DNA from: an uncultured Gammaproteobacteria bacterium
GTDB lineage: Bacteria > Pseudomonadota > Gammaproteobacteria > JAURND01
DNA: 64,000 bases
NCBI GenBank assembly: GCA_963777715.1
Contig: CAVZRN010000001.1
Location: forward strand, 27,039 to 91,038
Reading direction: 5' to 3'
The notes under the pieces were generated by a model. It did not search any database. It saw only the letters and a program-made list of their open reading frames with translations, and was not told the DNA's origin. The translations under genes and the position numbers were made by a program. This document shows positions 43,227-53,756 of this stretch, one piece after another. How positions within the stretch are numbered: position 1 is the first letter of the stretch; each line of letters starts with the position of its first letter.

Positions 43227-44058
43227 AGGTTGCCCAAGTTCCTAAACGCTGCCCCATTCCTAATAAGCTCCCCGCCTGCAATTGTGGATCCCAATGTACC
43301 TCGGGCGCAAATAATAACACTACCGTCGACCCTAACTGGAAACGTCCTAATTCATCACCCTTGTTTAGTATGATCTCGGCGCCATCGTACTGCGACCTTT
43401 GCACCTCGCGCGTACGCGAAGGCGCCACCAACCCATTCCAAACCGTTTCAATGCTGGCAACAATCATCGCTCCCACCATAACCACCGCCATCTTACCCAT
43501 TGCTGTATCAAACAACGCCACCACCCGTTCGTTACGCGCAAACACGTTTGGAATAGTCGCGACTGATGCCATGTTCACTGAAAATAATCGCCCAGGAATG
43601 TATACCATCTCGATTAATTTGCCGGTAATCGGCATGTGCACACGATGGTAATCCTTCGGCGCTAAATAAATTGTCGCAAATTGTCCTTGCGCAAATGGCT
43701 GTGCATGTGTCGTATCACCACCTAACAACTCAACCGCGCTAAAATCAAAACCCTTGGCTTGAAAAATACGTCCCGCCTTAATGTCGCCCAGTTGACTGAT
43801 GCAACCATCTGCCGGGGACGCAATATTTTTTTCACCCGCACAAATTAAACGTGCATCCGGTTTAAGTGCGCGGGTAAAAAATGCATTAAACTGTGGGTAA
43901 CGCAGTGGGTCTGGCTCTAGCGCCAGGCGCATATCCACTGAATAGCGCTTGATAAACCATCGAATAAACGCATTCTTCACCCAGGCAATTCGACAGTGCG
44001 CTAATTTCCCAACCCAGTGAGATAGTAAATGTTGTGGTAAGATGTGTTGCCAGATCAT
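43222..44058 (-). CDS. psd: phosphatidylserine decarboxylase
   Basis: FNAFFTR, SPADG, IYLAPKDYHRVH, ARNER, LGST autocleavage motif. Confidence 0.95.
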   Translation of the reverse strand: MIWQHILPQHLLSHWVGKLAHCRIAWVKNAFIRWFIKRYSVDMRLALEPDPLRYPQFNAFFTRALKPDARLICAGEKNIASPADGCISQLGDIKAGRIFQAKGFDFSAVELLGGDTTHAQPFAQGQFATIYLAPKDYHRVHMPITGKLIEMVYIPGRLFSVNMASVATIPNVFARNERVVALFDTAMGKMAVVMVGAMIVASIETVWNGLVAPSRTREVQRSQYDGAEIILNKGDELGRFQLGSTVVLLFAPEVHWDPQLQAGSLLGMGQRLGTWATL

Positions 44059-44071
44059 TGATAAATTCTAT

Positions 44072-45371
44072 ATGTTAAAAAACCCTCGCGCTATCGCTAC
44101 TAGACTCCTTCTCCAAGTCATTGGCGCACACCACTCGTTGACCACCACCCTGGGGTCTGCGTCCCTGCAACACACTCAAGCTAACTTGGTCAAGGAATTG
44201 TGTTTTGGCGTCTGCCGGTGGTATTTCCGCCTAACCACGTTATTGGATTTACTACTCGCGAAACCACTGCGCGCAAAGGATCAAGATATTCAGGTGTTAC
44301 TATTGATTGGTTTGTATCAATTGCTCTACCTGCGCATACCCGAACACGCTGCGGTGCAAGAAACCGTGGCGGCGGCTAAGGCGCTGAAAAAACCCTGGGC
44401 AGCTCAACTAACTAATGGGGTATTACGCACGTTTCTACGCCAACGCGACACCCTGCTACTCTCTGTAGATCATACCCTGATTGGCCGTTATGCGCACCCA
44501 AAATGGCTAACGGATGAAATATATGCTGCCTGGCCAATGCAGGGTGAGGCTATTTTAACCGCAAACAACCGACATCCACCCCTGTGCTTACGGATCAATC
44601 GGTTAAAGATTAACCGAACAGATTATTTACATCAGCTTACCACCCAGGGTATCACCGCCCATCCCCTGGCTAGCCTGGCAGAAACGATTATTGTGGAAAC
44701 GCCACAAGATATTACCCAATTGCCTGGTTATCAAGCAGGACATTTTTTCGTACAAGACAGTAGCGCTCAGCTTGCTGCGGGCTTGTTGGAGCTGGGCCGG
44801 GCCAACGCGTCCTAGACGCGTGCGCCGCACCCGGCGGAAAAACCACCCATATCCTGGAAACGGAACCGCAACTGGGCGCATTGATCGCACTGGATAAAGA
44901 CCGCAAGCGCCTGGCCAGGGTGACAGAAAACGTGCTACGCCTGGGAATCGACGCACCGCTCTCCTGTATCGCTGCAGATGCGTCGGATACGGCTATCTGG
45001 TGGGACAAGCAACCATTCGATCGTATATTACTGGATGCTCCCTGCTCTGCTATCGGCGTAATCCGCCGCCATCCTGATATCAAGGTGTTGCGTCAACCAG
45101 CCGATATAATCACCTTACCTTCACTGCAATATGCCTTGTTATGCGCCCTATGGCCAACCCTTAAACCAGGTGGAATCTTGTTATATGCAACCTGTTCAAT
45201 CCTGCCTGGAGAAAATCAGCAGGTCATCGCACGTTTCTTACAGCAACATGCTGATGCTAAAGAAAAACCGATTATAGCAACTTGGGGGATAGATACATCC
45301 CCGGTAAGCAATTGCTGCCTGGGGAAGCTAATCAAGATGGGTTTTTCTATGCACGATTGATAAAAGATTAA
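44072..45371 (+). CDS. rsmB: 16S rRNA m5C967 methyltransferase (frameshifts near 44810 and 45300)
   Basis: NusB-like N-terminus, [17 protein letters not shown] (after frameshift), [16 protein letters not shown]-terminal DGFFYARL. Confidence 0.92.
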
Positions 45372-45488
45372 AAGATTTTGACGCAGAGACGCAGAGAAAA
45401 ACATAAAACATGAAAAGATTTAAATAAAAAATCAAAAAATATTTTTTTATTTGTTTTTTTAATCTTTTCTTTGCGTCAAATCTTTTTT
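45371..45488. repeat. family A element copy 3 (reverse orientation)
   Basis: TTTTGACGCAGAGACGCAGAGAAAAACATAAAA ... TTTTAATCTTTTCTTTGCGTCAAATCTT. Confidence 0.88.
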
Positions 45489-45496
45489 CTTTATGC

Positions 45497-45934
45497 TTAC
45501 TCGGGGATTCGCACTGCTAATACGTCGCACTTTGAACCATGCAACACTGCATTGGCAGTTGATCCTAGTAATAAACGTACGCCATGGCGACCATGACTAC
45601 CCACCAGAATTAAATCTGCCCCAATATTCTCTGCTTCTTCCAGAATGACAATTTTGGCAGGACCTACTTTAATAATGCGATGACTTTCTGGCACATTCAA
45701 CTTGTCACCCAATTTAGTGATACTTTCCTTCGCACTTTGTAACAGCATTTCCTCGATATCTGCACCTGCTGCAATACCATAGGCCGCGCCATAGCTGGTC
45801 ATATGCTCAACCGCATGGACCACGGTCAATTGGGCGCCAAATTGCTTAGCAAGTTCGACTGCCTTACGAGAAGGTATCTCGTCACAGCCAGTATCTAACT
45901 CAACAGCTAACAATATGTGTTTGTATTCTGACAT
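45497..45934 (-). CDS. universal stress protein
   Basis: YKHILLAV, ADLILVGSHGRHG, LLGSTANAVL. Confidence 0.93.
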   Translation of the reverse strand: MSEYKHILLAVELDTGCDEIPSRKAVELAKQFGAQLTVVHAVEHMTSYGAAYGIAAGADIEEMLLQSAKESITKLGDKLNVPESHRIIKVGPAKIVILEEAENIGADLILVGSHGRHGVRLLLGSTANAVLHGSKCDVLAVRIPE

Positions 45935-46000
45935 TGTGATCTCCATAGGGTTATAATTTATTGGAATACATTATAATTTATTAATTTGCTAACAATAAAC

Positions 46001-46102
46001 GTCATTCAAACCAGATCCCGCTCGTAGGGGTAGCCCTTGTGGCTACCCGAAAACTCTTACGGGCAGGCACAAGGCCTGCCCCTACAATCGGGATGACGAC
46101 TA
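46001..46102. repeat. GTAG REP doublet nested in GTCAT...CGGGATGAC arms
   Basis: GTCATT..CCAGATCCCG, GTAGGGGTAGCC...GCCCCTACA, ATCGGGATGACGAC. Confidence 0.8.
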
Positions 46103-46137
46103 TAATATTTCAAGTATAGTGCGTTGACTGCTAAAGT

Positions 46138-46587
46138 CTAGTGGAGATCGCTCTCTTGCGTACGCACTTCTGACTTACGTAATTTTCGCGCAATTTTGTC
46201 AAGCACCGCATTGACGTATTTAAATCCTTCTACAGCGCCAAAGGTTTTTGCCAAACGTAGGGCCTCGTCAATAACTACGCGGTAGGGTACTTGGGGGCAA
46301 TGCACTAGCTCATACAATGCAATACGAATAATCGCTAATTCAATGGGATTGAGGTCTTCCAGGGGACGGTCTAATACCGGGCGAATATGACTATCCAATA
46401 GTTGGACAGATTTAGGGATATTGCGCAGAAGCTCTAAAAAATAAGGCACATCCACTTTATCCAGCACTTGCGTCTGCAGAAATTGTGCTTCAATTTGTGC
46501 TGGCGGCATTTGCCCTAACTGCCATTGATAAATAGCTTGTAATGCCAGGCGACGGGCTAGACGTCGTGCGGTAGGTGTATATTTCAT
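46138..46587 (-). CDS. nusB: transcription antitermination factor NusB
   Basis: ARRLARRLALQAIYQW, VVIDEALRLAKTFG, YVNAVLD. Confidence 0.95.
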   Translation of the reverse strand: MKYTPTARRLARRLALQAIYQWQLGQMPPAQIEAQFLQTQVLDKVDVPYFLELLRNIPKSVQLLDSHIRPVLDRPLEDLNPIELAIIRIALYELVHCPQVPYRVVIDEALRLAKTFGAVEGFKYVNAVLDKIARKLRKSEVRTQESDLH

Positions 46588-46590
46588 TTG

Positions 46591-47048
46591 TTATGTCTCT
46601 TGCTCTAATTTTTTAATTTCGTCATGAAACGCATGTACTCCTTCAAAACTGCGATATACCGAGGCAAAACGTACGTAGGCAACTGGATCCAACTGACGTA
46701 ATTCCTCCATAACCAACTCACCTACCCAGGCAGAACTGACTTCACGCTCGCCACTGGCGCGCAGTTTGTGCATCACACGTGTCACCGCCGCCTCTACTTG
46801 ATCAGCACTCACTGGACGTTTCTCTAGCGCCTTCATCATACCTGTACGCAATTTTTCTGTCCATCGAATAAACTACGCCGTTGATCGCGTTTAATAATTT
46901 GCGGCATGAGCAATTCCGCTGTTTCATAGGTAGTAAACCGCTCATTACAGCCAATGCATTCGCGACGACGACGCACTTGGTTATCTTCATCCACCAGGCG
47001 CGAATCAATGACGCGTGTATCGGGTACATGGCAAAATGGGCAACGCAC
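46591..47048 (-). CDS. nrdR: transcriptional repressor NrdR (frameshift near 46858)
   Basis: MRCPFC...[17 protein letters not shown] zinc ribbon; [14 protein letters not shown]. Confidence 0.94.
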
Positions 47049-47085
47049 TATAATTAATCCCTATTTTAAAAAAACATAAAAAAAT

Positions 47086-47334
47086 AAAAGATTTGACGCA
47101 GAGAAAAGATTACAACAAAAGAAAAGATTAAAAATAAAAACAAAAACGTAAATAAAACATCAAAAGTTCAAAAAACGGCTCTATTGTCCCCTAGGAGCGC
47201 GGGCAGCTTGCCCGCATTTAGCCCATGGCTGAATATGGGCGGGCAAGCTGCCCGCGCTCCCAGAAGCTTTGTGCCATTGAATTGAATGTTTTATGTTTTT
47301 CTCTGCGTCTCTGCGTCTCTGCGTCAAATCTTTT
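47086..47334. repeat. family A element copy 4 with a nested GGAGCGCGGGCAGCTTGCCCGC palindrome (47194-47260)
   Basis: Family A arms flank a second, GC-rich inverted pair. Confidence 0.88.
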
Positions 47335-47338
47335 AACT

Positions 47339-48603
47339 TTAGTTAATTACATTATACACCGGGAACTGCTTACAAATCTGCAATGCCTGTCGTTTCACTG
47401 TAGCGATGACCTGGGGATTTTTATGATCGTCTAATACATCGCATACCCAATTTGCTAATACTTCCGTCTCTTTTTCTTTAAATCCCCGCGTAGTGATCGC
47501 TGGCGTCCCCAAACGCAATCCACTGGTAATAAATGGTGAACGTGGATCATTCGGCACCGCGTTTTTATTCACAGTAATATTCGCTTGACCCAGGGCTGCT
47601 TCCGCATCCTTACCGGTCATTTCATAACCAGATAAATCCACTAAGAACAAATGATTATCGGTTCCACCAGATACCAATTGATAGCCACGACGCATCATCG
47701 TTTGCGCCATTTTACGCGAATTGGCTAACGTTTGCTGTTGATATTGTTTAAATTCTGGCTGCAATGCCTCCTTGAACGCCACTGCCTTTGCGGCAATCAC
47801 ATGCATCAATGGGCCACCCTGCAACCCAGGGAATACCGCGGAATTCAGCTTTTTTTCAATGTCGGGATTAGCCTTCGCCAAAATAAACCCACTGCGCGGA
47901 CCACGTAACGTTTTATGGGTAGTTGATGTGGTCACATCGGCAATTTGCACTGGGGAAGGGTAAATACCCGCAGCAATTAAACCAGCCACATGCGCCATAT
48001 CCACCATTAGATAAGCGCCCACACTATCTGCGATGTCACGAAATTTTTGCCAATCCACCACGCGTGAATAGGCAGAAAATCCTGCTATAATCATTTACGT
48101 GGCTTGTGTTCTTGCGCCAATGCAGCCAACTGGTCGTAATCAATTTCTCCGGTATCAGGGCGTATACCATACTGCACCGCATGGTAGGTTTTACCGGAAA
48201 AGTTTACCGAAGCGCCATGAGTCAAATGCCCACCATGCGCTAAACTCATACCCAATACCGTATCACCTGGCTGCAATAAGGCCATAAATGCTGCAGCGTT
48301 TGCCTGGGAGCCGGAATGCGGCTGCACATTAGCGTAATCCGCGCCAAACAATTGTTTAACGCGATCGATCGCCAATTGCTCAGCAATATCCACATATTCA
48401 CACCCTCCATAATAACGCTTACCAGGATAACCTTCCGCATATTTATTCGTCAGCACCGAACCCTGCGCCTCCAATACCAGTGGGCTGACGTAATTTTCAG
48501 ATGCGATGAGTTCGATATGCTCTTCTTGTCGGCGCATTTCGCAGCGAAGCGCCTGCCAAAGTTCTGGATCGTAGGTGGCAATGGTTTGCTTATTATCGTA
48601 CAT
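47339..48603 (-). CDS. glyA: serine hydroxymethyltransferase (frameshift near 48095)
   Basis: [39 protein letters not shown]. Confidence 0.95.
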
Positions 48604-48620
48604 TTAGAAAGACTCCATAT

Positions 48621-48677
48621 TTAAATTATTGACGCAGTCAATTCATTGATCACCTCTCCCACAAGGGGAGAAGGAAA
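48621..48677 (-). repeat. family C hairpin plus 30-bp tail upstream of glyA
   Basis: Reverse complement of 48621-48660 matches 53702-53741 at 37/40. Confidence 0.85.
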
Positions 48678-48693
48678 CAATGCCATGGCTTAA

Positions 48694-49359
48694 TTAGTGC
48701 CACTGAGTATACATATCCACCAAACCATGCTCAATCGCCTTCAATACTAATTCCACATCGGTCTCTACGTGCATTTTTTTCAAAATATTGCGGTGATGAC
48801 CACTAATTGTTTTGGAGCTAAGGTACATCTTTTCTGCAACTACGTTGATGTCTATACCCCTGACAATCATTAACATAATCTGCAATTCACGTTCTGAAAG
48901 CACCGAAAAGGGTGATTTAGTTGCTTTTAATAACTGGGGAGTCCACCCTTCAAATACACGCTCCATCAAAAAAACATCCAGATAAGGGTGTCCTTCGTTA
49001 ATACAATGGATCGCTTTTTTTAGTTCCTCAGCGCCTGCATCCTTGGCTAAATATCCTAATACTCCCAGCCCCAATAAACGTGAGGGAATAATAGCGTCTT
49101 TATGACTACTAATCACTAATACCTTAACCTCTATTGGCAACGCCCCCTGCAATAAACGCATACAAGCGCCAAAACCTCCCAAGCCTGGCATACTAATATC
49201 CATTAATACTACATCCGGATGCAGTTGTTGCACCAGATGTATCGCCTCTTCGCCATTTTCTGCCTCACCAACCACCTCAATATCATTAGCATCCTGTAAC
49301 ATTAAACGAATACCGGCGCGCACCAGCTCATGGTCATCCACTAGAATGACCCTGATCAT
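48694..49359 (-). CDS. NarL/UvrY(GacA/LetA)-like response regulator
   Basis: MIRVILVDDH, VLMDISMPG, LSERELQI..LSSKTI LuxR-type HTH. Confidence 0.88.
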   Translation of the reverse strand: MIRVILVDDHELVRAGIRLMLQDANDIEVVGEAENGEEAIHLVQQLHPDVVLMDISMPGLGGFGACMRLLQGALPIEVKVLVISSHKDAIIPSRLLGLGVLGYLAKDAGAEELKKAIHCINEGHPYLDVFLMERVFEGWTPQLLKATKSPFSVLSERELQIMLMIVRGIDINVVAEKMYLSSKTISGHHRNILKKMHVETDVELVLKAIEHGLVDMYTQWH

Positions 49360-49375
49360 TGCAGATCTCCCGCTG

Positions 49376-52070
49376 TTAATGCGCTTCATCCCAGTTATCG
49401 CCTACACTAATATGTACTTCAAGCGGCACCGCCAGCGATAATACTGTCGTCATTGCCTCACGAATGTGCGCAATAGCAGATTCTACATCTACTTCGGCAA
49501 CTTCAAATACTAATTCATCATGCACTTGCATAATCATTTGGGCATCTAACGCACCCATCCATAACCACCGATCTAAATGAATCATTGCTAACTTAATTAA
49601 ATCAGCGGCTGTACCCTGCATGGGTGCATTAATTGCGGCGCGTTCTGCCGCGCGTCGACGCATCATTTGACTGCTGGCAATATCTGGCACATAAAGACGG
49701 CGCCCCCATACGGTTTGCACATAGCCATGTTTACGCGCAAATTCTCGCGTTTGTTCCATATAATCGTGCACCTTGGGATAGCGTGCAAAATAATTATCGA
49801 TATATGCTTGCGCAAGCTCACGCTCAATATTCAACTGCCGTGCTAAACCAAATGCCGACATGCCATAGATCAAGCCAAAATTAATCGCCTTGGCGTGGCG
49901 GCGCTGCTCAGTTGTGACTACTGACAAAGGTACGTTAAACACCTCAGCAGCCGTAGCCGTATGAATGTCGTGCCCCTGTTTAAATGCTGCTAATAATCCT
50001 GGATCGTGAGATAAATGCGCCATAATACGCAGTTCAATTTGCGAATAATCCGCCGAAATAATTTTATAACCAGGACGCGCGATAAATGCTTAACGAATTC
50101 TGCGACCTTCCTCGGTGCGAATTGGAATATTCTGTAAATTAGGGTCGGTGGAAGATAAACGTCCAGTAGATGTCACCGCTTGATTATACGAGGTATGCAC
50201 ACGTCCGGTTTGTGTATGAATCTGCCTGGGCAAACTATCAGTATAGGTTGATTTGATCTTACTTAAGCTACGATGTTCTAAAATCACCTTGGGCAACGGA
50301 TAATTCAACGCCAATTCTTGTAATACAGATTCTGACGTAGAAGCTGCGCCCGTCGGTGTTTTTTCCAGCACCGGTAACCCTAGGCGGGTATATAAAATTT
50401 CCTGCAATTGTTTTGGCGACGCCAAATTAAACTGCACTCCCGCTAATTGATAGGCGCGTTGTTCTAATTGTTGCAAGCGTTGCGCTAATTCCTGGCTTTG
50501 CACTGCCAATAACTTAGCATCGATACACACACCCGTGCGTTCCATATGCGACAATACCGGCGCCAATGGCAATTCAATATCGGTCAATACATTGACTAAT
50601 TGCCCATGCTCAGCAATTTTCCGCCCCAACACAGCATGTACTTGCCCGATTAAATCCGCCTGCTCAGCCGCATACTTACCTGCTTTTTCCAGATCAATTT
50701 GTTGAAATCCCAGTTGCTTAACGCCCTTACCAGCGATAGTCTCATAGCCAATGCAGCTTTTACCCAGATACTTTAAGGCTAAACTCGCCACATCATGGCG
50801 ATTAATGGAACTATCCAACACATAGGATTCCAACATGGTATCAAAAAACTGCGCACCAATCTCAATACCATACTTAGCTAATACGTTCATCAGATGTTTT
50901 ACATCATGACTAACAATCGTCTTACTCTCATCTTCCAATAATGGCGCCAATTTAGCCAATATCCAGGCGCGCGATAACTGCTCCGGAGCGCCAAGGTAGT
51001 TATGGAGCAATGGCACATACACGGCTTGATTTGCAGCAATAGCCAACGATATTCCAACCACTTCTGCATCCAAACTATTTGCCATAGTGGTATGGATTTG
51101 TAGCGTCACCAATGGCGCAGCTTGCAATTTTTCCATCCAGGCTTCAAATGCCGGGCGCGTCAATAACATTGGATATTCCGCCGCTGGCATCGCTGCTACA
51201 TCCGATTTATCCAATAAATCTTTCAACCACTGCTTAAATTCCAACCGTTTAAATAACTCTATTAACGCTGATGCATCATACGGCTGGCGGTGCAGCGCTT
51301 CCAACGTACATGGTAATGCAATATCGCAGTCCAATGTCACCAATTGTTTGGCTAATGGCAACATGTCTAAACTTGCGCGCAAGTTATCGCCGATTTTACC
51401 GCTGACCGTATCCGCATGTGCGATAATAGCTTGGAGAGAACCCTGCTCTTCTAACCATTTTACTGCGGTTTTAGGCCCATACCTTGGGTACGCCGGGGAT
51501 ATTGTCCGAACTATCACCCATTAATGCGAGGTAATCAGTAATACGCTCTGGCGGCACACCAAATTTTTTAATCACCCCCTCCCGATCTAACAGCGTATTA
51601 TTCATGGTATTAATCAGGGTGATATGCTCATCCACCAGTTGCGCCATATCCTTATCTCCCGTAGAGATAAGGGTAGACAACCCAGCTTGACGCGCCCTTG
51701 TCGCTAACGTCGCGATAACGTCATCTGCTTCAATACCATCCATCTGTAATAACGGCAAACCCATCGCACGAATCGCAGCAAACAAGGGCTGCACTTGGGC
51801 GCTTAATTCCTCTGGCATGGCCGGACGATGCGCCTTATACTGCGGATAAATGGCATCGCGCGTGGTCTTGCCGCGGGGATCAAACACCACGGCAATATAT
51901 TCAGGGTCGTAATCCAGCAGTAGTTTACGGATCATATTTAATACGCCATACACTGCGCCCGTAGGTTCCCCATGCGAGTTGGTAAGTGGCGGCAACGCAT
52001 GGAAGGCGCGATACAGGTAGGAAGAACCATCGATAAGGATGAACGGCTTGTCAGGGGATATTGTTGTCAT
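49376..52070 (-). CDS. polA: DNA polymerase I (frameshift near 51480; in-frame TAA at 50090-50092)
   Basis: [59 protein letters not shown]. Confidence 0.95.
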
Positions 52071-52178
52071 GGCGACATTCTACTATTTGTAGGCTTGGCT
52101 TGCGACTGCAATGATATACAGAATATACTTACGGTATAAATCATACCGGCTAAGCGCCCCAATCCTGAGGAATCCATT

Positions 52179-53492
52179 ATGCTCAATAACCCACAAGAAT
52201 TCGCCAATCGACGTGCACGTTTTTTAAAAACCATCGGTAAGGGCAGTGTAGCAATGGTAGCTTCTAATCATGAAATCCTACGTAATGGCGATAGCAACTA
52301 TCCCTTTCGGCAAAACAGCGATTTTTATTACCTGACTGGTTTTAAGGAACCAGAAGCCGTCGCCGTATTTGTCCCCGGCCGTCCCCAGGGTGAATTTATA
52401 TTGTTTAACCGCATCCGCGACCCCGCTAAGGAACTCTGGGATGGTAAACGCGCCGGCCAACAAGGCGCTTGCGATATTTATGGCGCGGACTCATCCTTTC
52501 CCTTTGATGCATTGGATCAAGAATTACCCGCCCTGCTAGAGAATAAGCGTCGACTGTATTACGCTATTGGTCGTGATATGGCGTTTACTCGACGAGTCAT
52601 GACTTGGTTAAATAGCGTACAACTGAAAGTGCGCAGCGGGATTAATGCGCCCACGGAATTACACAATGTTGAAAGCATCTTGCATGAAATGCGTTTGCGT
52701 AAAAGTCCTTATGAACAAGAATTGATGCGCAAGGCGGGGCAAATCTCTGCTAGCGCGCATTGTCGCGCCATGCAGGCATGTCGCCCTGGCATGTATGAAT
52801 ACGAACTGGCGGCTGAGTTAAACCATGGCTTTACCAAGGGAGGATGCCAATATCCAGCCTACAATCATATCGTCGGCGCTGGCGCCAACACCTGTATTTT
52901 GCACTACAATGATAATGATGCGCTCATTGCCGATGGCGATATGGTATTGATTGATGCTGGCGGCGAATATGAGGGTTACGCAGCAGATATTACCCGCACA
53001 TTTCCTGCCAATGGTCGCTTTACGAATGAACAACGCGCCATTTACCAGGCAGTATTGGCGGTACAGTTAGCGGTGATCGAAAAAATTAAAGTAGGTCTGC
53101 CTTGGATCCAATTACATGAAACCTCCGAGCGTGTGATGACCGAACAATTGGTAAAATTAGGCTTGCTCACCGGCAAGGTAGCAGACCTAATGGCAGAGCG
53201 CGCCTTTCTAAAATTTTATATGCACCGCAGCGGCCATTGGTTAGGACTGGATGTACACGACGCCGGTAGCTACAAGGACGAATCAGGACAATGGCGGTTA
53301 TTAGAACCTGGTATGACGTTCACAGTTGAACCAGGTATTTATGTGGCGCCTGGCAGTGACGGAGTTGATAAAAAGTGGTGGAACATTGGCGTACGTATTG
53401 AAGATGATTTATTAGTCACTGAAAACGGCTATGAAGTATTATCTTCAGGCGTGCCAAAAACCATTGAAGAGATTGAAGCGTTAATGGCTTAA
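52179..53492 (+). CDS. pepP: Xaa-Pro aminopeptidase
   Basis: FRQNSDFYYLTGF, LIDAG.E..GYAADITRTFP, HWLGLDVHD, TVEPGIY, GVRIEDD. Confidence 0.95.
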   Translation: MLNNPQEFANRRARFLKTIGKGSVAMVASNHEILRNGDSNYPFRQNSDFYYLTGFKEPEAVAVFVPGRPQGEFILFNRIRDPAKELWDGKRAGQQGACDIYGADSSFPFDALDQELPALLENKRRLYYAIGRDMAFTRRVMTWLNSVQLKVRSGINAPTELHNVESILHEMRLRKSPYEQELMRKAGQISASAHCRAMQACRPGMYEYELAAELNHGFTKGGCQYPAYNHIVGAGANTCILHYNDNDALIADGDMVLIDAGGEYEGYAADITRTFPANGRFTNEQRAIYQAVLAVQLAVIEKIKVGLPWIQLHETSERVMTEQLVKLGLLTGKVADLMAERAFLKFYMHRSGHWLGLDVHDAGSYKDESGQWRLLEPGMTFTVEPGIYVAPGSDGVDKKWWNIGVRIEDDLLVTENGYEVLSSGVPKTIEEIEALMA

Positions 53493-53512
53493 TTAACGTT
53501 TATTACCTTTGT

Positions 53513-53741
53513 CCCTTCTCCCCTTGTGGGAGAAGGTGGCCGCACCATGACGTTGGCTGTAAATTTGATTTTAGCAATGTGCGGTACTAATGGATAAATC
53601 TTGAAAAATCTGTGCGGACGGATGAGGGGTAGATAAGGTTGGCAGTGAAGAATGGCTTACCCCTCACCCGCCACACGACGTGTGTCGACCTCTCCCACAA
53701 GGGGAGAGGTGATTAATGTATTGACTGCGTCAATAATCTAA
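53513..53741. repeat. family C composite palindrome with 30-bp tail
   Basis: Same arms as 5369-5636; tail shared with 48621-48660. Confidence 0.87.
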
Positions 53742-53756
53742 TTAAGGAAAATAAAT

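Noticed and set aside
48604-48693. ZMP/ZTP or other riboswitch upstream of glyA
   Set aside because: The space is taken up by a family C hairpin and tail; no recognisable aptamer.
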